NCBI GenBank assembly: GCA_002363545.1
Contig: DEWF01000001.1
Span: 173,460-237,459, forward strand
From: Christensenella sp. UBA3217
Lineage (GTDB): Bacteria; Bacillota; Clostridia; Christensenellales; CAG-1252
Reading direction: 5' to 3'
Length of the DNA stretch: 64,000 bases
Shown in pieces: positions 50,844 to 60,664 of the stretch. The position numbers were made by a program, and so were the translations under genes. The notes under the pieces are model-generated. The model made no database searches, was not told the DNA's origin, and saw only the letters and a list, made by a program, of their open reading frames with translations. The stretch's first letter is position 1. Every line of letters starts with the position of its first letter.

Positions 50844-50875
50844 AATGGACCTAAATGCAAAAGAGGTTTACATAC

Positions 50876-51334
50876 ATGGAAAAGGATCTTTGTCAAATTT
50901 GTCATCATAGGATAGCAGAGCATAAATTCGTGCGCGTGTTGGATGGGAAGGAAACTCCTTACCGCATTTGTTCTCATTGCAAAGCCTTGATGGATAATAA
51001 ATACAAGGAATTACAGCAAGAAGCCGCAAGAAAAGCTATTCCGCCCGAGCGCAGAGTTTGTCCCGTTTGCGGTGCTACCTTGCAATCTTTTTTGAATAGC
51101 GGGCTTCTCGGCTGCGAAAGTTGCTATCATACCTTTGACGATTATCTTAGCGAATATATTCGCGGTTATCAAGGGGCAACTACCCACGTGGGTATGGATG
51201 CCAAACCGCCCGCACCGGTGGACGTGGAAGATCTTTATCGGGAGCTTTCGCATTTGATCGAACGCGAAGAGTACGAGAAAGCCGCAGCTGTTAAGAAAAA
51301 GATCGATAAAATGATGGGGAAAGAATATGACTGA
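50876..51334 (+). CDS. mcsA: McsA-like protein (CxxC clusters, UVR domain)
   Basis: CQIC, CSHC, CPVCG..L..F...GLLGC.SCY..F, E.YE.AA; start may be 50855. Confidence 0.85.
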   Translation: MEKDLCQICHHRIAEHKFVRVLDGKETPYRICSHCKALMDNKYKELQQEAARKAIPPERRVCPVCGATLQSFLNSGLLGCESCYHTFDDYLSEYIRGYQGATTHVGMDAKPPAPVDVEDLYRELSHLIEREEYEKAAAVKKKIDKMMGKEYD

Positions 51335-52313
51335 TTATACCGTGATCACATCACGAGTGAGACTCGCCAGAAATCTTGCCGAGGTCAGGTTCCCTTCTCG
51401 TATCAATGCAGGGGAAGTGGAAAAGGTGTACCGGGCCGCTTTCTCCGCGGCAAAAGAAGTATTTGACCCCACACTCTACCAAATTGGGTCGTTAAGCGAA
51501 GAGGAAAAGTGCTATCTTGTGGAAAGACACCTTATCAGCCCGATGCTTGCGGAATCTCCCTATGGGGGTGTTATTCTATCCAAAGATAGACAGCTTTCTG
51601 TGATGCTTTTAGAAGAGGATCATATCCGATCTCAATGTTTTCGTAAGGGTCTTGCCTTGGAAGATGCTTTTGCCTCATTGAAAGAATACGATCTTGCTCT
51701 TCGAGCTAAATGCAGGCTCGCATACGATAAAAAAATCGGATATTTGACGGCGTGTCCCACCAACGTTGGCACGGGAATGCGTGCGTCCGTTTTGATGTTT
51801 TTGCCGGGTATTGCTCTGAATGCAGGGTTGAACGACTTGGTGGAAGAGCTGAAAGCCGCAGGGCTCACCATTCGCGGCGCGCTTGGAGAAGGATCCGAAG
51901 GGGACGGTTTTTGCTATCAAATATCAAACGCCGTTTCGCTTGGAGTAAGCGAAGAAACCATTTTGAACAGAGTAAGTTCCGCGGCGGAAAAGATCAATCA
52001 CATTGAGAAGAACTTGCTTCAAAAATATTACCAACAAAACCGTAATCGTTTGGAAGATTCCGTTGCAAGAGCGGTTGCGATCCTATCTTCGGCGAAACTA
52101 TTATCGCAAGAGGAGCTGGAATCGCTTATTGTTTCTGTCAAGATTGGCGTGATACTCGGTCTTGTGGATATGGATCACGTGAATCTTGACGATTTGGCGC
52201 TCCTTTGCAAACCTTACTCCTTAGTAAGGCTTACGGAGTGCGAAAACACGTCCGAAGCACGCGATTTTGCACGTGCTCGAACGGTACGAAAGACTATTAC
52301 CGATAAGGAGTAA
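51327..52313 (+). CDS. mcsB: protein-arginine kinase McsB
   Basis: SRVRLARN, LVERHLIS, EEDH, CPTNVGTGMRAS, RG..GEGSE, YQISN. Confidence 0.9.
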   Translation: MTDYTVITSRVRLARNLAEVRFPSRINAGEVEKVYRAAFSAAKEVFDPTLYQIGSLSEEEKCYLVERHLISPMLAESPYGGVILSKDRQLSVMLLEEDHIRSQCFRKGLALEDAFASLKEYDLALRAKCRLAYDKKIGYLTACPTNVGTGMRASVLMFLPGIALNAGLNDLVEELKAAGLTIRGALGEGSEGDGFCYQISNAVSLGVSEETILNRVSSAAEKINHIEKNLLQKYYQQNRNRLEDSVARAVAILSSAKLLSQEELESLIVSVKIGVILGLVDMDHVNLDDLALLCKPYSLVRLTECENTSEARDFARARTVRKTITDKE

Positions 52314-52318
52314 ATATT

Positions 52319-54820
52319 ATGTATTACAATTTTTCCAACAGAACAGAAGCAGCAGTGGATTATGCGAGTAAGATCGCAGCGAAAACGGGCGGGTTGATCG
52401 CCACGGAACACCTTCTTGCAGGCGTACTTGCCACCGATAAACAAATTGCCGCCAGAGCGGAAGCAAGCGGCATAACTCTTTCTGGTGTGGTTTGCAAGAT
52501 TGAAGTTGTAAGAAACTTTGACGGCGGTATCAAAATTACCCAAAACGCAACGGTAGTTTTGGACGGCGCGCAGGAATTGGCCGATCGTTTCAGCGGTGGC
52601 GTAATCGATCCCATTCATATCTTTTTATCCATTTTACGCACACCATGTCGCGCAAGAAGCATTATTATGTCCTTTAACGTGAACGCGTCTCTTCTTTTTG
52701 ATGAATTACGCCGTGAATTTTTCGTGGACAAGCGTGCTCAGCAAGAGGATAAAAACGACGATTTGTTTGCCGACCTGAAAAATCTTTATCAAAAGATGGC
52801 TTCGGGTATGGGAGAAAGAGAGGAAGAGGACTATCGCATGGGCAAACCCCAAAACGGAAGAAACGACAAGGTGGAAGAAGCCTTGAAAGGCATGGGCGAA
52901 GATCTTACACGGAAAGCAAAGCAAGATAAATTGGATCCCGTGATAGGAAGAAAAAATGAGATCGAAAGGATCATTCAGATCTTATCCCGCAGAACCAAAA
53001 ACAATCCCGTCTTGATCGGTGAACCCGGTGTTGGTAAAACCGCCATCGTGGAAGGTCTTGCGCAAGCCATTGTGGCGGGAAACGTGCCCGAAACGTTAAA
53101 GGACAAGCGTATTTTCACCTTGGATATCTCGGGTGTTGTGGCAGGTACCAAATATCGCGGTGAGTTTGAAGAAAAATTGAAAAACGCCATTACCGCCATT
53201 AAAGAAGCAGGAGACGTGATCGTTTTTATAGACGAGATCCATTTGATCGTAGGCGCCGGTGCGGGAGCGGAAAGCAGTATGGACGCCGCCAATATCTTAA
53301 AGCCGATGCTTGCGCGCGGCGAATTGCAAGTGGTGGGTGCCACAACGCTTGACGAATATAGAAAGAACATTGAAAAGGATGCGGCTTTGGAACGTAGATT
53401 CCAGCCCATTATGGTGGATCCGCCCACGGTAGAGGATACCATCACCATCTTAAAAGGACTTCGCAATAAATACGAAGATCACCATAAGGTGAAGATCACG
53501 GACGAGGCGCTTAAAGCCGCGGCAGAATTGTCTGACCGCTATATCAGCGATCGTTTTCTACCCGATAAAGCCATTGACCTAATCGATGAAGCGGCAAGCC
53601 GCAAGCGCATGCTTAACTTTACCGCGCCCGATTCCATCAACGAGTTGGAAAACAGAATAGCCGTATTGACCGCCGAGATCAACGATAAAGTTGCGCACGA
53701 AGAATATTTGGAAGCGGATAAGTTGAAAAAAGAAAAAGAAGCCTTGATCACCAAGGTGGGTAAGAACAAGTTGAATTGGTCTTCCGAGGTAAACAAATCC
53801 GAACTTGTGATAAACGAGCAGGATATTGCCGAGATCGTGTCAAAATGGACGGGGATCCCCGTTGTGAAACTGACAGAAGCGGAAGCGGAAAGGCTTATGA
53901 GCCTGGAAGCGGAACTCACCAAAAGAGTGGTTGGCCAAAAAGAGGCGATTTCCGCTTTGGCACGCTCCATTCGCAGAGCAAGGGCGGGGCTTGGAGATCC
54001 CAAGCGTCCGATCGGGTCCTTTATCTTTATGGGCCCGACCGGCGTGGGAAAAACCGAACTTTGCAAGGCACTTGCTGAAACCATGTTCGGGGATGAAAAC
54101 AACATCGTTCGTATTGATATGAGCGAGTTTATGGATAAAATATCGGTTTCCAAGCTTACGGGATCCGCTCCCGGATACGTGGGATATGAAGAAGGTGGAC
54201 AATTGACCGAGAAAATACGCAGGAAGCCTTATTCTGTGGTGCTTTTCGATGAGATTGAAAAAGCCCATCCGGACGTGTTTAACTTGCTTTTGCAGATTTT
54301 GGATGACGGAAGACTGACCGATAGCCACGGCCGCACGGTGAGTTTCAAAAACACCATCATTATTATGACTTCCAACATTGGCGCAGAACTCGGAAAGAAA
54401 ACGCAACACCTTGGTTTTGGCAGTCAAGATGAATATGAAGACGAGCGCGAAAGACAAATCGATGCCTTGCGTAAATTCATGCGTCCCGAGTTTATAAACA
54501 GGCTGGACGACATTATCGTTTTTCACAGCTTGACACCCGAAAATATCTCGGATATTGCTGAAATCATGCTGGGTTCTTTGCGTAAGCGTTTGGAGGCTAA
54601 AAATATTAAGATAGTATTGACTGATGAGGCAAAAAAGTTTATTATAAAGAAGGGAACGAATATCGAATTCGGAGCGCGCCCTTTGCGCCGTACCGTCGAA
54701 CGTTTGCTGGAAGACGCTTTGTCTGAAAAACTGCTCCGCGGTGAGATCGCCATAGGGGATAACGTGACGGTGGATTACGATGGCGGTGAAGAACTGACTT
54801 TCCGTAAAGAAACCCTTTGA
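52319..54820 (+). CDS. clpC: ATP-dependent Clp protease ATPase ClpC
   Basis: Two AAA modules ([16 protein letters not shown]), UVR-like middle domain, LGF ClpP-binding loop; follows mcsAB. Confidence 0.93.
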   Translation: MYYNFSNRTEAAVDYASKIAAKTGGLIATEHLLAGVLATDKQIAARAEASGITLSGVVCKIEVVRNFDGGIKITQNATVVLDGAQELADRFSGGVIDPIHIFLSILRTPCRARSIIMSFNVNASLLFDELRREFFVDKRAQQEDKNDDLFADLKNLYQKMASGMGEREEEDYRMGKPQNGRNDKVEEALKGMGEDLTRKAKQDKLDPVIGRKNEIERIIQILSRRTKNNPVLIGEPGVGKTAIVEGLAQAIVAGNVPETLKDKRIFTLDISGVVAGTKYRGEFEEKLKNAITAIKEAGDVIVFIDEIHLIVGAGAGAESSMDAANILKPMLARGELQVVGATTLDEYRKNIEKDAALERRFQPIMVDPPTVEDTITILKGLRNKYEDHHKVKITDEALKAAAELSDRYISDRFLPDKAIDLIDEAASRKRMLNFTAPDSINELENRIAVLTAEINDKVAHEEYLEADKLKKEKEALITKVGKNKLNWSSEVNKSELVINEQDIAEIVSKWTGIPVVKLTEAEAERLMSLEAELTKRVVGQKEAISALARSIRRARAGLGDPKRPIGSFIFMGPTGVGKTELCKALAETMFGDENNIVRIDMSEFMDKISVSKLTGSAPGYVGYEEGGQLTEKIRRKPYSVVLFDEIEKAHPDVFNLLLQILDDGRLTDSHGRTVSFKNTIIIMTSNIGAELGKKTQHLGFGSQDEYEDERERQIDALRKFMRPEFINRLDDIIVFHSLTPENISDIAEIMLGSLRKRLEAKNIKIVLTDEAKKFIIKKGTNIEFGARPLRRTVERLLEDALSEKLLRGEIAIGDNVTVDYDGGEELTFRKETL

Positions 54821-54879
54821 TCAACGGTATAAACGTCCGTTTTGGACGTTGATATAATTCACAGATAAGGAGGCTTTTT

Positions 54880-55425
54880 ATGAAAATCGACATTGTGGGA
54901 AAGAATTATTCGGTAAGTGACAAGCTGGATGATATCATTCGCAGAAAGACCGAGCGTCTGGATCGCTTCTTCTCCGATGACGTCACCGCCAGGGTGGTGT
55001 GCAAAGAAGAACACAAAGGTCGCTACACTCTTGAAGTGACCATCATTGTGGACGGTGTGGTCATCCGCAGTGAGGAAACCAGTGACAATATGTACAGCAA
55101 TATCGATATCGTGGTGCCCAAGATCGACAGACAGATCCGTAAGCATAGAACGAGATTGACCAAAAAATTCAAAGACAGCATCTTTAACTTCCATGCGGCA
55201 GAAGCGGAAGCGCTTGAAATGAACGATCCCGCGGAGGAAGAGATCCCCGCTATCGTGAAGACCAAGAAGTTTGAGCTTATGCCCATGAGCGTTGAGGAAG
55301 CGATCGAACAAATGGATCTTTTGGAGAACAATTTTTACGTGTATTTGAACCCGACGACCGGTAAGGTCAACATCGTTTACAGAAGATACGATAAGACCAT
55401 CGGTTTGATCGAGCCGCAATACTGA
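54880..55425 (+). CDS. hpf: long ribosome hibernation promoting factor
   Basis: IRSEE...MY..ID....KI.RQIRKH.T, C-terminal PM..EEA..QM.LL...F, VYRR.D...GLI. Confidence 0.92.
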   Translation: MKIDIVGKNYSVSDKLDDIIRRKTERLDRFFSDDVTARVVCKEEHKGRYTLEVTIIVDGVVIRSEETSDNMYSNIDIVVPKIDRQIRKHRTRLTKKFKDSIFNFHAAEAEALEMNDPAEEEIPAIVKTKKFELMPMSVEEAIEQMDLLENNFYVYLNPTTGKVNIVYRRYDKTIGLIEPQY

Positions 55426-55448
55426 TTAACAAGGAGCATTAGGGCAAA

Positions 55449-56873
55449 ATGGCAAAATTCAATAAAGAAAACTATCAGATCCGCTTTGATTTTAACAACA
55501 TGATGCGCGATTATATCGGCGCGGAACAAGGCATTAACGAAGCGGAGATCACCGCCGTTTCCGATACGGTGAAGAAAGCGTATAATTCCGTTAAGGAACA
55601 GGGTGGCGCCGGCTGGCAAGGATGGCTGGATCTACCTTTTAATCAAAACGAGATCGTGGCGGATATCCTGGATACGGCAAAGAAGGTAAGAAAAGAGTGC
55701 AAAACCTTCGTTGTGCTTGGTATTGGCGGAAGCGCGCTTGGCCCAATCGCGGTCTTTCAAGCGCTGAAACACTTGCATTATAACGAGCTTCCGTACAAAA
55801 TGCGTAAGGGACCTAAATTCTACGTGGAAGATAACGTGGACCCTGAGCGTATGGCGGCCCTTTTGGATATTATAGACGTAAAGACCACCATCTTTAACGT
55901 GATCACCAAGAGCGGTGCAACGAGTGAAACCATGAGTCAGTACCTGGTGATCACCGATATTTTGAAAAAGGCACTCGGTGCCGATTATGCAAGCCACGTG
56001 ATCGCTACCACGGATAGGGAGAAAGGCAACTTGATCAAACTTGCCAAGAAGGAAGGTTTTAAGACCTTCTATATTCCGTCCGGTGTTGGCGGCAGGTTCT
56101 CTGAATTCAGTCCTGTGGGATTACTTCCCGCAGCCGTGCTTGGCATTGATATCAAAAAGATGCTTCTTGGGGCAAAGGATATGGTAAAGAAGGGCTTTAA
56201 GACATCCAATCCTTATAAGAACATGCCTCTCATGGCGGCAACGCTCCAATTTATTGCCATTAACAAAGGAAAGAATATTTCCGTTATGATGCCCTATGCT
56301 GATAGCTTAAAGTACATCGCCGATTGGTACTGCCAACTTTGGGGCGAAAGTTTGGGTAAATCCGTGGACAAGCAGGGTAAGGAAGTGTACGCGGGTCAAA
56401 CGCCTGTTAAGGCACTTGGCGTGACCGATCAGCACAGCCAAATCCAGCTTTATACCGAAGGCCCCTTTGATAAGGTTATTACCTTTATTGCCGTGGATGC
56501 ATTCCGTACCGAAGTAATGATCCCGGAAGGTCTTGCCGATTTCCCGGATGTCAACTTCCTTTGTGGGAACACCATGGGTAAACTCTTAAATACCGAGCGT
56601 AAGGCAACCGAATATGCGCTTGCGAAAAAACGCCGTTTGAACCGCACGATCACAGTGCCCGAAGTGAATGAATACACGATAGGTCAGCTGTTGATGCTCT
56701 TTATGATGGAAACGGCTTTTGTGGGCGCAATGCTCAATATCGATACCTTTAACCAACCGGGTGTGGAAGAGGGCAAAAACGCCACTTACGCCATGTTCGG
56801 AAGAAAGGGATACGAGGCAAAAAAGGCGGAGCTTGACAGCGCAAAAGCGAAGGTTGAAAAATATATAATTTGA
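55449..56873 (+). CDS. pgi: glucose-6-phosphate isomerase
   Basis: GIGGSALG, TKSG.T.ET, GGRFS, QLWGESLGK, DQHS..Q, FNQPGVE.GK. Confidence 0.95.
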   Translation: MAKFNKENYQIRFDFNNMMRDYIGAEQGINEAEITAVSDTVKKAYNSVKEQGGAGWQGWLDLPFNQNEIVADILDTAKKVRKECKTFVVLGIGGSALGPIAVFQALKHLHYNELPYKMRKGPKFYVEDNVDPERMAALLDIIDVKTTIFNVITKSGATSETMSQYLVITDILKKALGADYASHVIATTDREKGNLIKLAKKEGFKTFYIPSGVGGRFSEFSPVGLLPAAVLGIDIKKMLLGAKDMVKKGFKTSNPYKNMPLMAATLQFIAINKGKNISVMMPYADSLKYIADWYCQLWGESLGKSVDKQGKEVYAGQTPVKALGVTDQHSQIQLYTEGPFDKVITFIAVDAFRTEVMIPEGLADFPDVNFLCGNTMGKLLNTERKATEYALAKKRRLNRTITVPEVNEYTIGQLLMLFMMETAFVGAMLNIDTFNQPGVEEGKNATYAMFGRKGYEAKKAELDSAKAKVEKYII

Positions 56874-56928
56874 TTTGCGCATTCGCTTGACAAATTGTGT
56901 TTTGAGCGATAGAATAAAGTAAAATAAA

Positions 56929-57001
56929 TGTTGTAGGGGTGCCCGAAAGGGCTGAGATCATACCCTTTGAACATGATGAGGTAATTCTCGGCATGGAAAC
57001 A
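56929..57001 (+). ncRNA. TPP-class riboswitch aptamer (variant P4/P5 arm)
   Basis: GGGGTGC..GCTGAGA..ATACCCTTTGAAC.TGAT..GTAAT; downstream of TTGACA-17-TAGAAT and upstream of a thiT-like gene. Confidence 0.85.
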
Positions 57002-57016
57002 CGCGATAGTATTTTC

Positions 57017-57044
57017 ACCTCCCGAGAATTCGGGAGGTTTTTTT
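57017..57044 (+). terminator. riboswitch terminator that also sequesters the SD
   Basis: ACCTCCCGA-GAAT-TCGGGAGGT plus T-tract directly before ATG; GGAGG lies in the 3' strand. Confidence 0.85.
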
Positions 57045-58151
57045 ATGAAAGAAGTTTTTTTCCCAAAAGGTAAATCTACAACGTGGTATCCCATCTTGTT
57101 CGATTCGCCGCTTAACGTGGTACGTTCCGTTGCTTTTTGGCTTACCATTGCTCTTTTAATTGCATTTATCGTGGTGATGATCGTCACCTATAAAAAGCCA
57201 ATTTGGCAGAGTATCAAAAAGTTTTCGGGGCTTGGCTTTGTGTTGTACGCATCCGCTTTGGTGCTCCTTTCTCTTGTGTTTGGGTTTTATAACGATTCCA
57301 TCGTGCCGCTTTTGTTCTATCCGATCTTAGTATTTCTTTTGCTCCTTATGGCTAGTAATATACTTCTCTTTTTCAAAAAGGAAAAAGTGTATAAGATCAC
57401 TTGCTTTTCCTGCCTTGGAGCATCCTTGATCGCCGTTTTGGTGTGCATGGGGATCCATTTCCAAAAGGGAGATGCTGCTGAGGCTAACGGGCTTACCAAT
57501 AATGACGTGAACCAGTTGGGGTTGTATCTTTCAGCGGGATTACTGGTGGGGGCATTGCTTTTTGCCGCACTTTATATTGGCAGAAAAGATAAATCGGGCT
57601 TTACAAACAAGTCTATTGCTTACGGTGCAATTTGTATCTCCATGAGTTTTGCGCTTTCCTTTATCTGTATTTTAAAAATGCCGCAGGATGGCTCCATTAC
57701 CATTGCGTCCCTTTTGCCCATTATGATCTATGCATACATATTCGGCATTAAAAAAGGAACGGTTGCAGGATTGATCTACGGCATCTTGGAAGCCTTTCAG
57801 AGTCCTACCATCTTGCATCCGGCGCAATTCTTGTTGGATTATCCCATGGCGTTTGCCTGCATGGGATTAACGGCGCTGTTCGTGGAGTTGAACGTGTGGT
57901 CCAAGCGTCCGAAATTGCAATTTATGATGGGTGGCGTCGTGGCGTTTTCGGCACGATTCCTCATGCACTTTCTTTCCGGTATTTTTGCCTTTGGAATATT
58001 TGCCCCCGAGGGAACGCCCGTTGCGGTTTACAGCCTTGGGTATCAAACGGTATATTTGATCCCCGATATGCTCATTTGCCTGGTTGTCGCTTTCTTCCTC
58101 TTTTCCTCTAAATCCTTTGTGAGAAGCGTGAAACAAGTTAGAACTGTTTGA
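57045..58151 (+). CDS. thiT: ECF-type thiamine transporter ThiT with long N-terminal membrane extension
   Basis: C-terminal half: MPQDGSIT, G...G..YG, HPAQFLLDY..AF, RF..HF.SG..F; TPP riboswitch upstream. Confidence 0.85.
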   Translation: MKEVFFPKGKSTTWYPILFDSPLNVVRSVAFWLTIALLIAFIVVMIVTYKKPIWQSIKKFSGLGFVLYASALVLLSLVFGFYNDSIVPLLFYPILVFLLLLMASNILLFFKKEKVYKITCFSCLGASLIAVLVCMGIHFQKGDAAEANGLTNNDVNQLGLYLSAGLLVGALLFAALYIGRKDKSGFTNKSIAYGAICISMSFALSFICILKMPQDGSITIASLLPIMIYAYIFGIKKGTVAGLIYGILEAFQSPTILHPAQFLLDYPMAFACMGLTALFVELNVWSKRPKLQFMMGGVVAFSARFLMHFLSGIFAFGIFAPEGTPVAVYSLGYQTVYLIPDMLICLVVAFFLFSSKSFVRSVKQVRTV

Positions 58152-58183
58152 TTAGAATATTCGGATAAATCAAGTATTTTTGC

Positions 58184-58220
58184 AAAAAATCGGTTCTGCG
58201 TTTCGTGGGCCGATTTTTTT
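58184..58220 (+). terminator. terminator after thiT
   Basis: AAAAAATCGG..CCGATTTTTTT. Confidence 0.7.
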
Positions 58221-58295
58221 ATAGTAAAAAGCGGTCTACACCATCTGAACGCTTTTGTTTGACTTGTAATTCCAAAGAAGGGTATAATTTACTAT

Positions 58296-59345
58296 ATGAG
58301 TAAATTAGAGTGCATCGATTTGAACGTTCAATACTTCGGACACGATGCCGTGATCTCCGGTGTCACGACGACCTTTTCCGATGGGATAAACGTGATCTAC
58401 TGTGGGAAACAGGGCGGTAAAACCTCTTTTTTGAAGGCACTCTCGGGCGTGATCCCCTCAAGCGGCAAGATCCTTTTTGATGGAGTTGATATCGCATCCA
58501 CCTCCTTAAAAGACAGGGATTTTCAAATGTTGTTTGACGATTACGCGTTATTCAATCGTCGCAGTGCAAGATATAATGCGGAGTATCCCTTGAAACTTAG
58601 AAAAACTCCCAAATCGGAACGAAAGAACCTTGTGGAAGAAGCGGCTCCTTTGTTTGATCTTGATTTAATGATAGACGCTCCCGTTTACCGCTTGAATGAA
58701 TGGCATAAGATCTCTCTCGTCTTATTACGAGCCTATCTTCGTAAACCAAAAGTGCTGTTTATTGACAACATTTTCTCAAAACTTGATCCGCAATCGCGTA
58801 AAGATGCCTTTTTGCGTTATATCCCGCTCCTTGCCAAGCGTTGTGATATTATGATCTATGCAACGGACTTGGTGTGCGAGGCAGCGGCACTTACCGATCA
58901 AATCAAGTTTATGTCTTATGGGTATTTGTTGCAAGAGGGTAGCGCTTCGGATTTTACGAATAAACCTGCTTGTTTAAGCGCCTTGTTCGCTTTTGAGGAT
59001 TATTCCGCCGGTTTGCCGTGTGTGATCGAAAGCGATGGTGTGTGTTTATTTAATAAGTTTTTTCCTTTGGAGTTTACTTTAATATCCGATGAATACAGAG
59101 GGAAAGAGGCGATAATCGCCATCTCCTCAAAGCACGTTGGGGTGTCGGAAGAGGGTTTTACAGCGCTTGTGACGGGAAAGTATCTTAACGGTGATCAATT
59201 CGTTTATCAACTTTCTCGTGACGGTTTTTCCTTTTATATGGCTTGCGAGCGTGCGTTAATTGTTGGTGATGAGGTTGTGGTTGGCATAAAGGGCTTACCT
59301 AAACTTTTTGATCCTATTAACGAACGAGCGATCATGAGGTATTGA
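58296..59345 (+). CDS. ABC ATP-binding-like protein (MalK-type) with degenerate motifs
   Basis: GGKTS..KAL.G...SSGKI.FDG, YALF....RYN..YPL, P.VLF.D, C-terminal LFDP...R; canonical motifs altered. Confidence 0.75.
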   Translation: MSKLECIDLNVQYFGHDAVISGVTTTFSDGINVIYCGKQGGKTSFLKALSGVIPSSGKILFDGVDIASTSLKDRDFQMLFDDYALFNRRSARYNAEYPLKLRKTPKSERKNLVEEAAPLFDLDLMIDAPVYRLNEWHKISLVLLRAYLRKPKVLFIDNIFSKLDPQSRKDAFLRYIPLLAKRCDIMIYATDLVCEAAALTDQIKFMSYGYLLQEGSASDFTNKPACLSALFAFEDYSAGLPCVIESDGVCLFNKFFPLEFTLISDEYRGKEAIIAISSKHVGVSEEGFTALVTGKYLNGDQFVYQLSRDGFSFYMACERALIVGDEVVVGIKGLPKLFDPINERAIMRY

Positions 59346-59346
59346 G

Positions 59347-60642
59347 ATGAAAAAGTGGTTAAAAATCTTACTGATCTTAACGATGCTGGCGGTTTTATCG
59401 GTATTTTGCATTTCTTGTTTTGAGATTATTAAGTACGATGAGGAGAAAACGGCTTCCTCTGATCCTATTCTCGGAGAGCGCTTTGATCTTACCAATCAAG
59501 TTTTGCAGTTGATCCAGGATCTTTATTATGATGATCCCGACTACGATTTGGCGGATCTTTACGCCGCATACGGCTTAGTGACCAGCTTGGGTGATTACAA
59601 CTATATGTATTCCGTGGAAGATCTGCTTTCTTCCACAGTATCCGACGGAAAGGGTTTTGGCTTGCTTATTCGTTCCACGGTATACAACGAGCGTTTGGTG
59701 GACTTTATCTTGCCGGGTTCTCCTTTTTTAACGGCTTCTGACGGGCAGTTGGTACAACGTGGGGATGAGATCTACTCAATAAACGATATGCGCGTGTCCG
59801 GCTTGGACAGCAACTCGTATTCTCTTATCCTTTCCATGCTTCCATCCGACGAACCTTGCGTTTTTACCATGAAACGGGGGGAGGAAACTTTTACCGTTAC
59901 GTATAGCAAAGTGGACGTGATTTTCCCGCAGTGTATTTATATAAACGATCTACCCGGTGTCCCGAGCAATTTCGGTTATATCTATTTGCGTAGTTTCGAT
60001 GGCAATTCTGCCGTCTTAAATGAATTTACAAGCGCCGTAGCTTCCTTTAATCAAGATGGAAACAGCGCTTTGATCCTTGATTTAAGGGGGAACGGCGGTG
60101 GGAGCAGTTTGGTCTTTCAGCAAATTGCTTCTTGCTTGATAGGGAATACACCCATAGGCGAGCCGCTATTGGAGATCGATTATGCGAAAAAGTATCCCGT
60201 TTCCCTCATTCGTTCGGTATCGGTTGCGCAAAAAGTACAGGCAGAGCATATTTACGTGCTTTGCGATAATCATACGGCTTCCGCTTCTGAGGCATTGATC
60301 GGTACGATGAAGGCACACGGCACCTTAACCTCTTTGATCGGACTGAATACCGTGGGAAAAGGCGTGGCGCAGAACGGCGTGAACCTGCTTGGCGGCGACG
60401 GATATCTAATGGATAAAGGCTTGAACGAAGAAGGCGAAGAGATCGACTTGGGCCCTTATATCGTGCAAGTGATCGTGGGAAAATATTATATTTACGATAG
60501 TAGTGCGGATGGTGGCAAATACTGTATGCACGGTCAGCCTTTTGAACCTGACGTGAAGATCACCGGTAGTAACGTGATCAGTTCGGATTACAGTGAAGAC
60601 TTATATATTGCCGCAGCCATTCTTGATTATCAAAGTAGATGA
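59347..60642 (+). CDS. S41-family (CtpA-like) peptidase, probable lipoprotein with PDZ domain
   Basis: GFGL..PGSP..GD.I.SIN PDZ, GYI.L.SF, LDLRGNGGG, TASASE, GKG, PDV. Confidence 0.85.
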   Translation: MKKWLKILLILTMLAVLSVFCISCFEIIKYDEEKTASSDPILGERFDLTNQVLQLIQDLYYDDPDYDLADLYAAYGLVTSLGDYNYMYSVEDLLSSTVSDGKGFGLLIRSTVYNERLVDFILPGSPFLTASDGQLVQRGDEIYSINDMRVSGLDSNSYSLILSMLPSDEPCVFTMKRGEETFTVTYSKVDVIFPQCIYINDLPGVPSNFGYIYLRSFDGNSAVLNEFTSAVASFNQDGNSALILDLRGNGGGSSLVFQQIASCLIGNTPIGEPLLEIDYAKKYPVSLIRSVSVAQKVQAEHIYVLCDNHTASASEALIGTMKAHGTLTSLIGLNTVGKGVAQNGVNLLGGDGYLMDKGLNEEGEEIDLGPYIVQVIVGKYYIYDSSADGGKYCMHGQPFEPDVKITGSNVISSDYSEDLYIAAAILDYQSR

Positions 60643-60664
60643 TACTCTTAAAGGAGGGTAAATT

